NCBI GenBank assembly: GCA_015522685.1
Contig: WALU01000013.1
Coordinates: 1-35,456, forward strand
DNA: 35,456 nt
Direction: 5' to 3'
From: Thermoproteota archaeon
GTDB lineage: Archaea; Korarchaeota; Korarchaeia; Korarchaeales; Korarchaeaceae
Shown: one piece after another, positions 34,603 to 35,456 of the stretch
Layout of the letters: each line of letters starts with the position of its first letter
Position numbering within the stretch: position 1 is the first letter of the stretch
Notes under the pieces: model-generated
Seen by the model: the letters and a program-made list of their open reading frames with translations, nothing else
Database searches by the model: none
What the model was told of the DNA's origin: nothing
Program-made: the position numbers and the translations under genes

Positions 34603-35456
34603 AGACCGGTTGATCCTGCCGGAGGGGACTCCTATCGGGCTCGGATTAAGCCATGCAAGTTAGCTAGGAGCCCTTGCTCCTAGCAGCGCACGGCTCAGTA
34701 ATACACGGTTAACCTGCCCTGAGGACCGGGATAACCTCGGGAAACTGAGGCTAATCCCGGATAGGGATGATTTCCTGGAATGGGCTCATCTCTAAAGTAG
34801 GTGAGGGAATGGCCTTGCTGAGGCCTCAGGATGGGACCGCGTCCTATCAGGTAGTAGGTGAGGTAACGGCCCACCTATCCTAAGACGGGTGCGGGCTCTG
34901 AGAGGAGGAGCCCGGAGATGGGCACTGAGACAAGGGCCTAGGCCCTACGGGGCGCAGCAGGCGCGGAACTTCCCCAATACGCGCAAGCGTGAGGGAGTGA
35001 GCTCGAGTGCTGCCCGCTGAGGGTAGCTGTTCCCAGGTGTAAACAGCCTGGGGTAGGAAGGGGAGGGTAAGGCTGGTGCCAGCCGCCGCGGTAAAACCAG
35101 CTCCCCGAGGGGTCCCCACGCATACTGGGCCTAAAGCGTCCGTAGCCGGCCCTGTAAGTCCCCGGTTAAATCCACTGGAAGACCAGTGGGCCGCCGGGGA
35201 TACTGTAGGGCTAGGGAGCGAGAGGGGTCGAGGGTATTCCGGGGGATAGCGGTAAAATGCATAGATCCCCGGAGGACCACCAGTGGCGAAGGCGCTCGGC
35301 TGGAACGCGTCCGACGGCGAGGGACGAAAGCTGGGGGAGCAAACCGGATTAGATACCCGGGTAGTCCCAGCTGTAAACGATGCCGGCTAGGTGCCGGCCG
35401 AGGTTTCGGCCTCGGCCGGTGTCGAAGCGAAGGCGTTAAGCCGGCCGCCTGAGGAG
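34603..35456 (+). rRNA. rrs: 16S rRNA (5' part, truncated by window end)
   Basis: CCGGTTGATCCTGCCGGA 5' end, CCCTACGGGGCGCAGCAG, GTGCCAGCCGCCGCGGTAA, GGATTAGATACCCGGGTAGTCC; GC-rich relative to flanks. Confidence 0.99.

Noticed and set aside
34880-35452. Three ORFs of 61-88 aa
   Set aside because: They lie inside the 16S rRNA gene.
1-35456. CRISPR array, IS element or tRNA-integrated element
   Set aside because: No regularly spaced repeats, transposase or integrase, and no duplicated tRNA 3' ends. Similar T-arm strings all belong to complete tRNAs.
34603-35456. Intron or insertion in 16S rRNA
   Set aside because: Conserved landmarks occur at roughly normal spacing in the visible part.

Overview
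Archaeal core-genome window with no mobile element, CRISPR array or defence island that I can support. The lineage is most likely Korarchaeia. This is an inference from the archaeal-type 16S 5' part, an intron-containing tRNA-Ile(UAU), and FtsZ1/FtsZ2/SepF division genes next to archaeal ribosomal and translation genes. Content from left to right: aCPSF1 (5'-truncated), sepF, Sm-rpl37e and tRNA-Ala/Phe. Next is a minus-strand run of XPD, a degenerate RecA-fold protein, carS, a RadA paralog, gcvH and an HD hydrolase. Then come cdrS-ftsZ2, gcvPA/PB, two head-to-head MraY/GPT paralogs and tRNA-Ile(UAU). These are followed by RPA32-like, aIF2b, aIF1A, a rio1 pseudogene, dim2 and top6B/A, then tRNA-Glu/Leu/Gln, Mut7-C, a candidate C/D-box sRNA and tyrS. 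The window ends with ftsZ1-secE-spt5-L11-L1-L10, tRNA-Ala/His/Gly, rnp4-S19e-PDCD5-L39e-L31e-aIF6-pfdA-ftsY-argF and the 5' ~850 nt of 16S rRNA. Two genes missed by the ORF track were read by hand (cdrS, rpl39e). The most notable observations are: a possible recombination-mediator module (XPD + catalytically dead RecA fold + divergent RadA paralog); a decayed rio1; two essential genes apparently starting at ACG and CTG; an identical 14-mer upstream of sepF and ftsZ1; and the UAU-anticodon tRNA-Ile, whose intron can pair with its own 3' exon. All family calls come from motif recognition by eye; no database searches were run.
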